Both the position numbers and the translations under genes were made by a program. Positions 24,192 through 31,804 of a stretch of 32,000 nt of DNA are shown one piece after another; the first letter of the stretch is position 1, and each line of letters starts with the position of its first letter. Below the pieces are notes generated by a model. That model saw only the letters and a program-made list of their open reading frames with translations. It ran no database searches and was not told the origin of the DNA. The stretch comes from Clostridiales bacterium. Lineage in GTDB: Bacteria > Bacillota > Clostridia > Christensenellales > Aristaeellaceae. The DNA is taken from assembly GCA_004556155.1 (NCBI GenBank), contig SFIM01000016.1, positions 53,423 through 85,422 of the forward strand. Reading direction: 5' to 3'.

Positions 24192-25693
24192 AAAAGGTAT
24201 TTCACGGCATGTTCGCCCGGCTGATGACCGTCATGCTGGCGGCCATTCTGGCGTGCGTGCTGGTGCTGTATTCGCTGTTCTATTTCACCATCCGCGCCGA
24301 TCATATCGACGCGCGCATGAACGAGCTGAAGCGCCAGGCCTACGATATCGCCTACCTGGCCAGCCGGGTGCATAACAACAGCATTGCGGAATCCTTCGGC
24401 TATAATTCCACCACCGAAAACTACATCAAGTGGAAGGCCAATTCGATCTATTCCGACTTCAACGCCTACAGCGTGGTGGTGGACCGCACGGGCAAGACCA
24501 CCCTGTACGCCACGCCCGAGCTGATGAAGGAGGAGGATATGATCTTCGATCAGCAAAAGATCGTATCCATCCTCAGCCGCGTGCTGCACGGGGAGGAGAT
24601 CATCTTCCGCACCCAAAGCGGCGGCAAGCCCATGTTCACCGTGGCTGTGCCCTGGGCGGACAGGGGCACGGTGCTGGGCGCGGTGTTTATCCAGACCGCC
24701 GCGCAGACGGTATACGCCACCTATGCGGGCTTTGCGCTGCAGGTGTTCGCCGCGGCGCTGGTCACCTGCGCGCTGGCGGCGGTGTGCGTGTTCTTCACGA
24801 CCCGGCAGATCATCGCGCCGCTGCGCGTGATGGCGCAGATGGCGGGCGAAATGGCGCAGGGCAAGTTTGACCGCCGCGTGCCCGTCAGCGGCAGCAGCGA
24901 AACGCGCGAGTTGGCGACGGCGTTCAACTCCATGGCCGCTCAGCTGGAGGCGCTGGAGCAGACGCGCCGCGACTTTGTGGCCAACGTATCCCATGAGCTG
25001 CGCTCACCCATGACCAGCATGCAGGGCTTTTTGCAGGGCATGCTGGATGGCACTATCCCCGCCGGCGAGCAAAGGCAGTATATGCAGATCGTGCTGGATG
25101 AAACGCGCCGCCTGTCCAAGCTGGTGGGCAACCTGCTGAACCTCTCGCGCATGGAAAACAACAATACCGAGCTGGCCTATTCGGATTTTGATTTGCACGA
25201 GTGCATTCGCCGCGTGATCATTGCCAACATGTCGCAGCTGGACGACAAGCACATGGATTTGCAGCTGTCTTTTGAAGATGAACCCATGTACGTCTACGCG
25301 GACGCTGATCAGATCGAGCAGGTGCTGGTTAATCTCCTGTCCAACGCTGTCAAGTATACCCCCGAGGGCGGGCATATCGCCATCGATACCGCGCAGGAGG
25401 GCAAGCTGACCCGCGTGGTTGTGCGCGACGACGGCCCGGGCGTAGCGCCCGAGGACGCGCCGTATATCTTCGATCGCTTCTACAAGGCCGATAAGGCCCA
25501 CACCGTGGGCAAGGGCACGGGCCTGGGGCTGGCCATCTGCAAGCGCATTATGGACAAGCACGGCCAAAGCCTGCGCCTGCTGGATACCAAGGAAGGCGCG
25601 GCCTTTGAATTTACCCTGGAAAGCGGGCGCGCCCCCGAGGCGCTGCCCCATGCGGAGGAGAAGGATGCTGATACGGGCAAACGCCAAGATTAA
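24188..25693 (+). CDS. sensor histidine kinase (2 TM, extracytoplasmic loop, HAMP, HisKA, HATPase_c)
   Basis: H-box SHELRSPMTSMQG, N-box LLSNAVKYTPEGG, G-boxes DDGPGV and GTGLGLAI. ATGA overlap with the regulator gene. Confidence 0.93.
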   Translation: MKKVFHGMFARLMTVMLAAILACVLVLYSLFYFTIRADHIDARMNELKRQAYDIAYLASRVHNNSIAESFGYNSTTENYIKWKANSIYSDFNAYSVVVDRTGKTTLYATPELMKEEDMIFDQQKIVSILSRVLHGEEIIFRTQSGGKPMFTVAVPWADRGTVLGAVFIQTAAQTVYATYAGFALQVFAAALVTCALAAVCVFFTTRQIIAPLRVMAQMAGEMAQGKFDRRVPVSGSSETRELATAFNSMAAQLEALEQTRRDFVANVSHELRSPMTSMQGFLQGMLDGTIPAGEQRQYMQIVLDETRRLSKLVGNLLNLSRMENNNTELAYSDFDLHECIRRVIIANMSQLDDKHMDLQLSFEDEPMYVYADADQIEQVLVNLLSNAVKYTPEGGHIAIDTAQEGKLTRVVVRDDGPGVAPEDAPYIFDRFYKADKAHTVGKGTGLGLAICKRIMDKHGQSLRLLDTKEGAAFEFTLESGRAPEALPHAEEKDADTGKRQD

Positions 25694-26510
25694 CTGGACG
25701 CTGGATACCGTGGGCGTGCGCGCGGACGGCTATCATCTGCTGGATATGCTGATGCAGTCCATTTCCCTGCATGATACCCTGACGCTGGAGCCTGCGGAGG
25801 ATGTAACCTTTTCCGCCGACGGCGCCACCCGCGTGCCGCAGGATGAGGGCAACCTTGCTTTGCGCGCGGCGCTGGCGCTGCGCCGGCATGCGGGCACGGC
25901 GCAGGGCGCGATGATCCACCTGCACAAGCGTATCCCCAGTGGGGCAGGCCTGGGCGGCGGAAGCGCCGACGCGGCTGCCGTGCTGCATGGGCTCAATGCT
26001 TTGTGGGAGCTGAATCTGCCGATGGAAACGCTGCGGCAGATCGGCCTGACGCTGGGCGCGGACGTGCCCTTCTGCCTGATGGGCGGGCTTGCCCATGTGC
26101 GGGGCATTGGCGAGGTCATCGAGCCGCTTCCCTGCCCCCGCATCTACCATCTGGTCATCATCCAGCCCTGCCGCGGCCTGTCCACACCGCAGGTGTTCCG
26201 CGCGCTGGATGGCATGGATATATCCGCCAGCCGTCCGAATACACCGCAGGCGTTATCCGCGCTGACGGGCGGCAATTTGGCCCTGTTGGCGGATAGCCTG
26301 GGCAACACCCTACAGCCGGTGGCTATCTCCATGCGGCCGCAGATTCGCCAGGCTATTACCACCTTGCGGGAGCATGGCGCGCGCGCCGCGCAGATGACGG
26401 GCTCAGGCAGCGCGGTGTTTGGCGTATTTGCGACAGCCGCTGCCGCCCGTACCGCCTTTGCAGCGCTAAGCCGCAGATACCCGCATTGCTATCTGACCCA
26501 GACACTATAA
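25665..26510 (+). CDS. ispE: 4-diphosphocytidyl-2-C-methyl-D-erythritol kinase
   Basis: Start MLIRANAKINWTLD follows a GGAGGAG RBS. GHMP-kinase motif PSGAGLGGGSADAAA. The start lies 29 nt inside the kinase gene's 3' end. Confidence 0.93.
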   Translation: MLIRANAKINWTLDTVGVRADGYHLLDMLMQSISLHDTLTLEPAEDVTFSADGATRVPQDEGNLALRAALALRRHAGTAQGAMIHLHKRIPSGAGLGGGSADAAAVLHGLNALWELNLPMETLRQIGLTLGADVPFCLMGGLAHVRGIGEVIEPLPCPRIYHLVIIQPCRGLSTPQVFRALDGMDISASRPNTPQALSALTGGNLALLADSLGNTLQPVAISMRPQIRQAITTLREHGARAAQMTGSGSAVFGVFATAAAARTAFAALSRRYPHCYLTQTL

Positions 26511-26515
26511 GCAAA

Positions 26516-26560
26516 TAAAAAGCCGCCGCTTTCCAGCAATTTGAAAAGCGGCGCTTTTCT
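26516..26560. terminator. bidirectional rho-independent terminator between convergent ispE and the SIMPL gene
   Basis: CGCCGCTTT (26524-26532) pairs with AAAGCGGCG (26545-26553), flanked by an A-run upstream and CTTTTCT downstream. Confidence 0.85.
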
Positions 26561-26567
26561 GTAATGG

Positions 26568-27260
26568 TTACTTGATTGCAAACACAACCGTCACGCTGGC
26601 GGATACCGTTACATCACCCGATACGATAGCCGTCTTGGCGCTGCGTGCATCCATGGCGTAGGTATTGGCGATGCCATAGTCGCCGCCATAGCTATTGGAA
26701 GCGTTGATGGATACTACCTCGCCCAGCGTCTGCCCGGCGGCCTCGGCCAGCAGGGCGGCCTTGGCGGCGGCGTCCTCATAGGCGCGGCGCAGCGCCTTTT
26801 CATAGGCGGCGGTTTCGCCGCTGCTGCTGAAGGTGAGGCCGTACATCTGGTTTGCGCCAGCGGCTGTGGCCGCGTCAATTACATCGCCCACAGTGTCCAG
26901 CGCGCGTACGGTAACGTAGAGCGTGTTGTCCACATGGTAGCGCACAGGGGCGGAAGCATCGCTGTAATCGCGCTCAGTGTACACGGAAAAGTCGGAGGTG
27001 ACAACATCCTCCTGCGCCACGTTCTGACCCAGGATGGCGGCGATGACGCGCTGCATGATTTCATTGTTTTCGCTCTGCGCTTCGGCGACGGTATCACGCA
27101 CAGTGCTTACGCCGATGCGCAGCGTGGCGGTATCGGCGGCAAGGGAGATGTTGGATGAGCCGGATACGGATACGGTGCGGGATACGCCCTCGCCCAGGGC
27201 GGGCACGGCCAGGCACAGCGCGGCAAGCAGGCACAGCAGCATGATCAGGGCCTTTTTCAT
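26568..27260 (-). CDS. SIMPL domain (DUF541, BP26-like) secreted protein
   Basis: Start MKKALIMLLCLLAALCLAVPALG (signal peptide) follows an AAGAGGA RBS. The body (TVSVSGSSNISLAADTATLRIGV...AEAQSENNE...) is typical of the SIMPL family. Confidence 0.85.
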   Translation of the reverse strand: MKKALIMLLCLLAALCLAVPALGEGVSRTVSVSGSSNISLAADTATLRIGVSTVRDTVAEAQSENNEIMQRVIAAILGQNVAQEDVVTSDFSVYTERDYSDASAPVRYHVDNTLYVTVRALDTVGDVIDAATAAGANQMYGLTFSSSGETAAYEKALRRAYEDAAAKAALLAEAAGQTLGEVVSINASNSYGGDYGIANTYAMDARSAKTAIVSGDVTVSASVTVVFAIK

Positions 27261-27409
27261 ATTTCTAATCCTCTTTCTTTTATTTGAAGGGTTCAGCCCC
27301 TTCGCTCTATTAAACGGACGGGCGCGCGGAAGGTTCCATCTTTTCACTTGTTTTTTTTCATCGTTTGCAGTATCATAAGCGTACCCCATACAGAAAGGAA
27401 GCAAAATTT

Positions 27410-27634
27410 ATGGATATCAAAGCCAAGATTGAGGAAATTGTAAAAAAGCTGCAAAGCGATAAAACGCTGCTGGCCTCTTTCCAGAGCGAGCCGATCAAGA
27501 CGGTGGAAAAGCTGCTGGATATCGACCTGCCCGACGAGATGATCGAAAAGGTGGTCGAGGGCGTAAAGGCCAAGATCAAGGTGGACGACGTAAAGGGTAT
27601 CCTGGACGGCGTGAAGGGCCTGTTTGGCAAATAA
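27410..27634 (+). CDS. small K/E/D-rich hypothetical protein (74 aa)
   Basis: ATG 27410 follows an AAAGGAAG RBS. Sequence: MDIKAKIEEIVKKLQSDKTLLASFQSEPIKTVEKLLDIDLPDEMIEKVVEGVKAKIKVDDVKGILDGVKGLFGK. It has its own promoter-like TTGTTT-17-TATCAT and a strong terminator downstream. Confidence 0.65.
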   Translation: MDIKAKIEEIVKKLQSDKTLLASFQSEPIKTVEKLLDIDLPDEMIEKVVEGVKAKIKVDDVKGILDGVKGLFGK

Positions 27635-27692
27635 GGAGGAGCTGCGCCCCTTCTTTACTTCTCGGTTAAGTTAGCTGTGCTTTTTGATAGGC

Positions 27693-27733
27693 AAAAACAG
27701 CGCGGGGATGGATATCATCTCCGCGCTGTTTTG
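27693..27733. terminator. bidirectional rho-independent terminator between the small ORF and the PHP gene
   Basis: AAAACAGCGCGG pairs with CCGCGCTGTTTT, a 12-bp stem with A/T runs on both sides. Confidence 0.88.
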
Positions 27734-27747
27734 CTGTGTATAAGAGC

Positions 27748-28686
27748 TTATTTCATTTCTTCCAGGAAAATCGGGTTGGACCAGGCGACGTGACCGTCCG
27801 CATCCGTTACCTCTACGCGCAGGTAGAACAGATCGTCCCGCACGGGGCATTCCATGGCCATTTCGGTGATGGGGGAGCCATCCTCGCTGCGCAGCAGCTT
27901 GGTCACGCGGGAGCAGAAGAATTTGACCGTTGCGCAGGGGGAGCACTTGACATGGGCGACCTTGCTGTCGTCGATATAGAAATCATAGATTTCCGGGCCG
28001 GTGGAGGCATAGAACGCGCCCTCGCGCAGCGCGCGCAGGATGTCGTTCACGTTCTTCTGCGCGTTGACGCGCACCCAGCCGCGGCAGTGCTGTTCCATGG
28101 CGTGGCCGTCGTCCGTGGCCACGCCGAAGATGCGCTTGCCCTGGCACAGCAGCTCATCCCAGAGGGGGCCGTTGTTAAAGTCCACGCCGTTCTCCATCAC
28201 GCAGCCGCTGTTCCACAGCTCCATGGCGAAGTTGCCCTGCAGGCGCTCAAACTCGCGCGCAAAGGTGCCGCTCCACTGGGGATGGCAATAGATGGTCAGC
28301 TGCTTGTTGCGGTGCGCCTCGTCCAGAAACTGCTGGAACTCGTACTGATCCTGCACATAGCCGCGCTGGAAGGGCTGATCCTGCTCGTAAGGATTTTCAG
28401 GCTTTTCGGGGCCGATCCATACAGTATGGAAGCAGTGCACGCGGTGATGATTGGTGATGGTGCGGTCAAACTCCATGCCGGGGATGATCAGCACGCCGCT
28501 TTCAGGCAGGTAGTCCTTGTAGTTATAGGTGCGGTGATCGGTCAACGCCAGAAAATCATAGCCGTGCTGCGCATGCATGGCGATTACTTCCTCGGGGGTG
28601 CCTTTGCCATCCGAACGGGTGGTATGGCAGTGCAGACCGCCCTTGAGCAGGGCGTTTTCGCCCTCAAAAGCCGCTTGCCGAAGCAT
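27748..28686 (-). CDS. PHP-domain metal-dependent phosphoesterase (CehA/McbA-like)
   Basis: Start MLRQAAFEGENALLKGGLHCHTTRSDG follows a GGAGG RBS. PHP motifs HCHT..SDG, LALTDH and ATDDGH. Confidence 0.85.
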   Translation of the reverse strand: MLRQAAFEGENALLKGGLHCHTTRSDGKGTPEEVIAMHAQHGYDFLALTDHRTYNYKDYLPESGVLIIPGMEFDRTITNHHRVHCFHTVWIGPEKPENPYEQDQPFQRGYVQDQYEFQQFLDEAHRNKQLTIYCHPQWSGTFAREFERLQGNFAMELWNSGCVMENGVDFNNGPLWDELLCQGKRIFGVATDDGHAMEQHCRGWVRVNAQKNVNDILRALREGAFYASTGPEIYDFYIDDSKVAHVKCSPCATVKFFCSRVTKLLRSEDGSPITEMAMECPVRDDLFYLRVEVTDADGHVAWSNPIFLEEMK

Positions 28687-28729
28687 AGAAAAAGCCTCCT
28701 TTGGTATGATAACGAATTGAATCGCGGTC

Positions 28730-28758
28730 ATTGTAGCATAGGAGGCGCAAAAAGGCAA
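28730..28758 (-). promoter_or_regulatory. candidate sigma70 promoter of the PHP gene
   Basis: Minus strand reads TTGCCT (28753-28758)-17 nt-TACAAT (28730-28735) with an extended TGc. Confidence 0.6.
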
Positions 28759-28787
28759 TGCAGCGGGCAAAATTTCAGCGCCGTGCG

Positions 28788-29474
28788 TCAGGATGGAAAC
28801 TGAAAGTCATACTTCATGGCCAGCGCTTCAAACAGCGCGCGCATAGCGCGCATGGCCAGGGAGCAGATATCCAGCTGGCTGATATGGGCCAGCACGGCCT
28901 GCTGCTCTGCCTCGGGCACGGCATAGACGCCCAGCGTCATGCGCAGAAAGCGCTCCAGCTTGCGTTCCAGTGTAAAATGCGAATCGCAGGGCATTAGCAT
29001 GTAGGCGCGCATGATGCCCGCGGTGCCGATTTCCATCTCATAGAAATCGCGCGAGTCGCAATCGGGCAGGTAGGCGGAAAACAGCCGCTGCAGCTCCACA
29101 GCCGTCTGGCGGTGGATATAGGCTGAGGGCTCGGGCAGGGTATAGGCTTCCACATAGATTTCGCGCAGGTTTTCATTGATCTCCGCCAGCGCCAGCTGGA
29201 TGGAGGTTTCAACGGCGTACAGCAGCGCAGGGGATGTGTTTCCCATGGTTAGGCTGTTGGCCAGGGCGAACTGGTTTTCAAACATGAACTGCACCAGTTC
29301 CATTAGCACGCCGTCTTTGCTGTGAAAGATGTTTTGAAACGTGCTGGAGGATACATCGGCGGCGTGGATGATATCAGCCATACGGGTGCCGCGGTATCCT
29401 TTTTCGATAAACAAACGCACGCATACGGATAGAATACGGCGTTTTGCAGCGGCGCTATCATAGCGGCGGGGCAT
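28788..29474 (-). CDS. TetR/AcrR family transcriptional regulator
   Basis: N-terminal HTH: AAKRRILSVCVRLFIEKGYRGTRMADIIHAADVSSSTFQNIFHSKDGV. ATG 29474 was chosen for its 6-nt spacing from GAGGG. The alternative is ATG 29480. Confidence 0.9.
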   Translation of the reverse strand: MPRRYDSAAAKRRILSVCVRLFIEKGYRGTRMADIIHAADVSSSTFQNIFHSKDGVLMELVQFMFENQFALANSLTMGNTSPALLYAVETSIQLALAEINENLREIYVEAYTLPEPSAYIHRQTAVELQRLFSAYLPDCDSRDFYEMEIGTAGIMRAYMLMPCDSHFTLERKLERFLRMTLGVYAVPEAEQQAVLAHISQLDICSLAMRAMRALFEALAMKYDFQFPS

Positions 29475-29507
29475 GAGCATCCCTCATTCCAATTGATTTA
29501 CACACCA

Positions 29508-29536
29508 ATTATAACATATTTTTACAAATGGGGCAA
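29508..29536 (-). promoter_or_regulatory. candidate promoter of the TetR gene
   Basis: Minus strand reads TTGCCC (29531-29536)-17 nt-TATAAT (29508-29513) with an extended TGt. Confidence 0.5.
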
Positions 29537-29548
29537 CAGGCTTTTACC

Positions 29549-29577
29549 TTGACAAAGAAAGGGGCTTGTACTATGAT
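29549..29577 (+). promoter_or_regulatory. strong sigma70 promoter of the coiled-coil gene
   Basis: TTGACA (29549-29554)-17 nt-TATGAT (29572-29577). Confidence 0.65.
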
Positions 29578-29589
29578 GAATTTGTCATA
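29572..29589. promoter_or_regulatory. 18-bp imperfect palindrome overlapping the -10/+1 region (candidate TetR operator)
   Basis: TATGATGAATTTGTCATA is self-complementary at 14 of 18 positions (TATGA...TCATA arms, AATT centre). It lies in the TetR/coiled-coil divergent region. Confidence 0.4.
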
Positions 29590-29640
29590 ATGGTTAAATT
29601 TTGTATTATTTTTGCACATCCCGAAAGGAGAACATCCGCC

Positions 29641-30444
29641 ATGAAAAAAGCCGTATGCGTGATCCTTTGCCTGCTGCTGGCTGCCTCCCTTGCTGGGGCG
29701 GGGCTGCTGTATGCGCAGACGCGCCGCCTGCGGGATGAAAACGCGCGCCTGGATGCGCAGGCAGCCGAGCGGGATACGCGCATCGAGACCCTGACCGCCG
29801 AGGCCCAGGCCAGCGCCGATAGCCTGGCCGCGCTTTCGGAGCAGGCGACGGAAAAGGATTCCGAGCTGGCCTCTCTGCGCGCGGCTGTGCAGGAGAAGGA
29901 GAACAGCCTGGATCAATTGACGGATGAGCTGACCCAGGCCAAGGCGCAGTTAGCGGCCTGCAATACGCAGTTGACCCAGCTGCGTCAGGAAGTGGACGAG
30001 CATCAGGCCGCATCGGCCAGCGCGCAAACGGCTCTGGATGAGGCGTTGGCGAGCAACGCGCAATTGCAGCAGAAAAACAGCGATCAGGCTTTCTCGTTGA
30101 CCGATGCGAATGCGCGCGTGGAAAGCGAAACCGCTGCCCGTCAGGCAGCAGAAGCAGAGCGGGATGCGCTGCAAAAGAAGTTCGATGAGCAAACGACGGC
30201 GCATCAGGCTGAGCTGGAAGCGCTGAACGTTCGCTTGCAGCAAAAAGAAGAGGAGCTGTCTGCGGCCGCGGCTCAGCATACCGCCGCTGTGCAGGCAATT
30301 TCCGATGCGGAACAGATCTTTGCCGCCTTCGCTGAAAAGGTAGACGGCTGGCGTGAAAACAGCGGCAATAATCCCATTTTGAACGGTCTGCTTGCGCCCT
30401 TCACCACTTTTGTGCAGCAAATGCGCGATGCGCTTGCACGCTGA
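29641..30444 (+). CDS. membrane-anchored (or secreted) coiled-coil protein, Q/A/E-rich, 267 aa
   Basis: Start MKKAVCVILCLLLAASLAGAGLLYAQ (N-terminal hydrophobic anchor or signal) follows an AAAGGAG RBS. About 200 aa of heptad-like low-complexity sequence follow (LRDENARLDAQAAERDTRIETLTAEAQ...). Confidence 0.75.
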   Translation: MKKAVCVILCLLLAASLAGAGLLYAQTRRLRDENARLDAQAAERDTRIETLTAEAQASADSLAALSEQATEKDSELASLRAAVQEKENSLDQLTDELTQAKAQLAACNTQLTQLRQEVDEHQAASASAQTALDEALASNAQLQQKNSDQAFSLTDANARVESETAARQAAEAERDALQKKFDEQTTAHQAELEALNVRLQQKEEELSAAAAQHTAAVQAISDAEQIFAAFAEKVDGWRENSGNNPILNGLLAPFTTFVQQMRDALAR

Positions 30445-30473
30445 CTGGGTCGCTATGCAATTGCCCTGGCGTA

Positions 30474-30482
30474 TGCTATAAT
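30474..30482 (+). promoter_or_regulatory. extended -10 promoter candidate for the CmpB-like gene
   Basis: TGcTATAAT (TATAAT at 30477-30482), about 58 nt upstream of ATG 30541. No good -35 element. Confidence 0.4.
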
Positions 30483-30540
30483 GATCGCGTGAGCCTATAC
30501 TGCAAGCACAAAAGAAGAACCGCGAACAGGAGAGAAGACC

Positions 30541-31332
30541 ATGCGCACACTTGTTGAAAACTACATTTTGCTCTTTTTTGTCACCGCCATGCTGGGCTGG
30601 GTGATGGAGGTTGTTTGCAAGCTGATTCAGTTTCACCGCTTCATCAACCGCGGCTTCCTGATCGGCCCATACTGCCCCATCTATGGCTTCGGCTCGGTGC
30701 TGATCACTCTGCTGCTATCCCGCTATGCGGAGTCGCCCCTGGTGGTGTTCCTGATGGGCATGATCATCTGCGGCACGCTGGAATACCTGACCAGCTACCT
30801 GATGGAAAAGCTGTTCCACGCCCGCTGGTGGGATTACAGCCAGAAGCGCTTTAACCTGAACGGCCGCGTATGTGCCAACACGCTCATTCCCTTCGGCCTG
30901 CTGGGGCTGGGCATCATTTATGGCGTAAAGCCTTTTCTGTTTGGGCTGTTCGCCATGATTCCGCAAACCGCGATGGATATCCTGTGCGGCGTGCTGACGG
31001 CGATTATCCTGACCGACGCGGTGATTTCTACCACCGTGCTTGGCAAGATTCGCCACACGGCCGAACTGACTGGCGGCGACGATACCGAGACGATCACCCG
31101 CTCTGTGCGTGATGCGCTGCTGCGCCAGGGCACGCTGGTGCGCCGCACGCTGCGTGCTTTCCCGTATGCCAAGCTGTATAATAAGCCCCTGCTGGAGCGC
31201 CTGCGCCAGCGCCAGCAAATGCTGAAGGCTGATTTCCAGGCCAAGCAGCAGCATATGCGCGAGGAGCTTGCCCAGCGTGAGCAGGCGCTGCGCGAGGAGC
31301 TGAAAAAGCGCAAGCCGCAGAAGCAGGGATAA
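30541..31332 (+). CDS. polytopic membrane protein of the 'putative ABC-transporter type IV' (CmpB-like) family with a C-terminal charged coiled-coil tail
   Basis: FVTAMLGWVMEVVCKLI...NRGFLIGPYCPIYGFGSVLI...GTLEYLTSYLMEKLFHARWWDYS is characteristic of this family. AGGAGAG RBS. Confidence 0.8.
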   Translation: MRTLVENYILLFFVTAMLGWVMEVVCKLIQFHRFINRGFLIGPYCPIYGFGSVLITLLLSRYAESPLVVFLMGMIICGTLEYLTSYLMEKLFHARWWDYSQKRFNLNGRVCANTLIPFGLLGLGIIYGVKPFLFGLFAMIPQTAMDILCGVLTAIILTDAVISTTVLGKIRHTAELTGGDDTETITRSVRDALLRQGTLVRRTLRAFPYAKLYNKPLLERLRQRQQMLKADFQAKQQHMREELAQREQALREELKKRKPQKQG

Positions 31333-31341
31333 ATATGAAAG

Positions 31342-31375
31342 AAGCGAAGGAGCAAGCGTTCCTTCGCTTTTTTTC
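31342..31375. terminator. bidirectional rho-independent terminator between convergent genes
   Basis: AAGCGAAGGA (31342-31351) pairs with TCCTTCGCTT (31360-31369), followed by TTTTTTC. Confidence 0.85.
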
Positions 31376-31655
31376 AATGCCCTTGATGCTTTTCACGGCG
31401 CTTTTCCTGGCGGATTTCTAATTGCCGCTGGGCCTCGGCCTCGCGCTGGGGGGCGGGCGTTTCTGCCGAAAGCGCAGGGCTGAACGTGAAACGATCGTAG
31501 TTTTCCAGATAAAAAGCATGCACCTCATAGTCCTTTGGCTCTGTGCCAAAGGTGATTTTGCAAACCTCGTATTGCCCGTCGCACGTGCGTTCGTAAATGC
31601 CGATCCAGAATGGATCCTCAAACAACACGGTCAACCGGACGCTGGCGATATGCAT
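31374..31655 (-). CDS. yjdF: YjdF family protein (DUF2992)
   Basis: Start MHIASVRLTVLFEDPFWIGIYERTCDGQYEVCKITFGTEPKDYEVHAFYLENY follows an AAGGAGG RBS. The FEDPFW.G..ER......VCK.TFG.EPKDYEV pattern is the family hallmark as I recall it. The C-terminal tail is shorter than in many members. Confidence 0.8.
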   Translation of the reverse strand: MHIASVRLTVLFEDPFWIGIYERTCDGQYEVCKITFGTEPKDYEVHAFYLENYDRFTFSPALSAETPAPQREAEAQRQLEIRQEKRREKHQGH

Positions 31656-31800
31656 ATGTTTTTCCTCCTTATGTGCGGGTGAAGGGCAAGGAACGGACAA
31701 CCAAAGGAGGCAGGTTACTGATCCCGTGATGGGGACTCCCGGACTACCGGCCGGGACGTGTTTTTATCCTTGCCAGATGGGCGGCTGAGAAGCCATCCGA
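31656..31800 (-). ncRNA. structured 5' leader; candidate yjdF-class riboswitch with an anti-Shine-Dalgarno element
   Basis: A ~145-nt gap lies upstream of a yjdF-family gene. On the minus-strand RNA, GGCAAGGA (31774-31767) pairs with UCCUUGCC (31692-31685) and encloses a UCCCGG/CCGGGA hairpin (31756-31737). CCUCCUU (31710-31704) is complementary to the SD AAGGAGG (31670-31664). Confidence 0.5.
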
Positions 31801-31804
31801 AGTC

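Noticed and set aside
29606-30298. 230-aa minus-strand ORF opposite the coiled-coil gene
   Set aside because: Its P/A/R-rich mirror-frame translation has no RBS. The plus-strand gene has a consensus promoter, an RBS and an N-terminal anchor.
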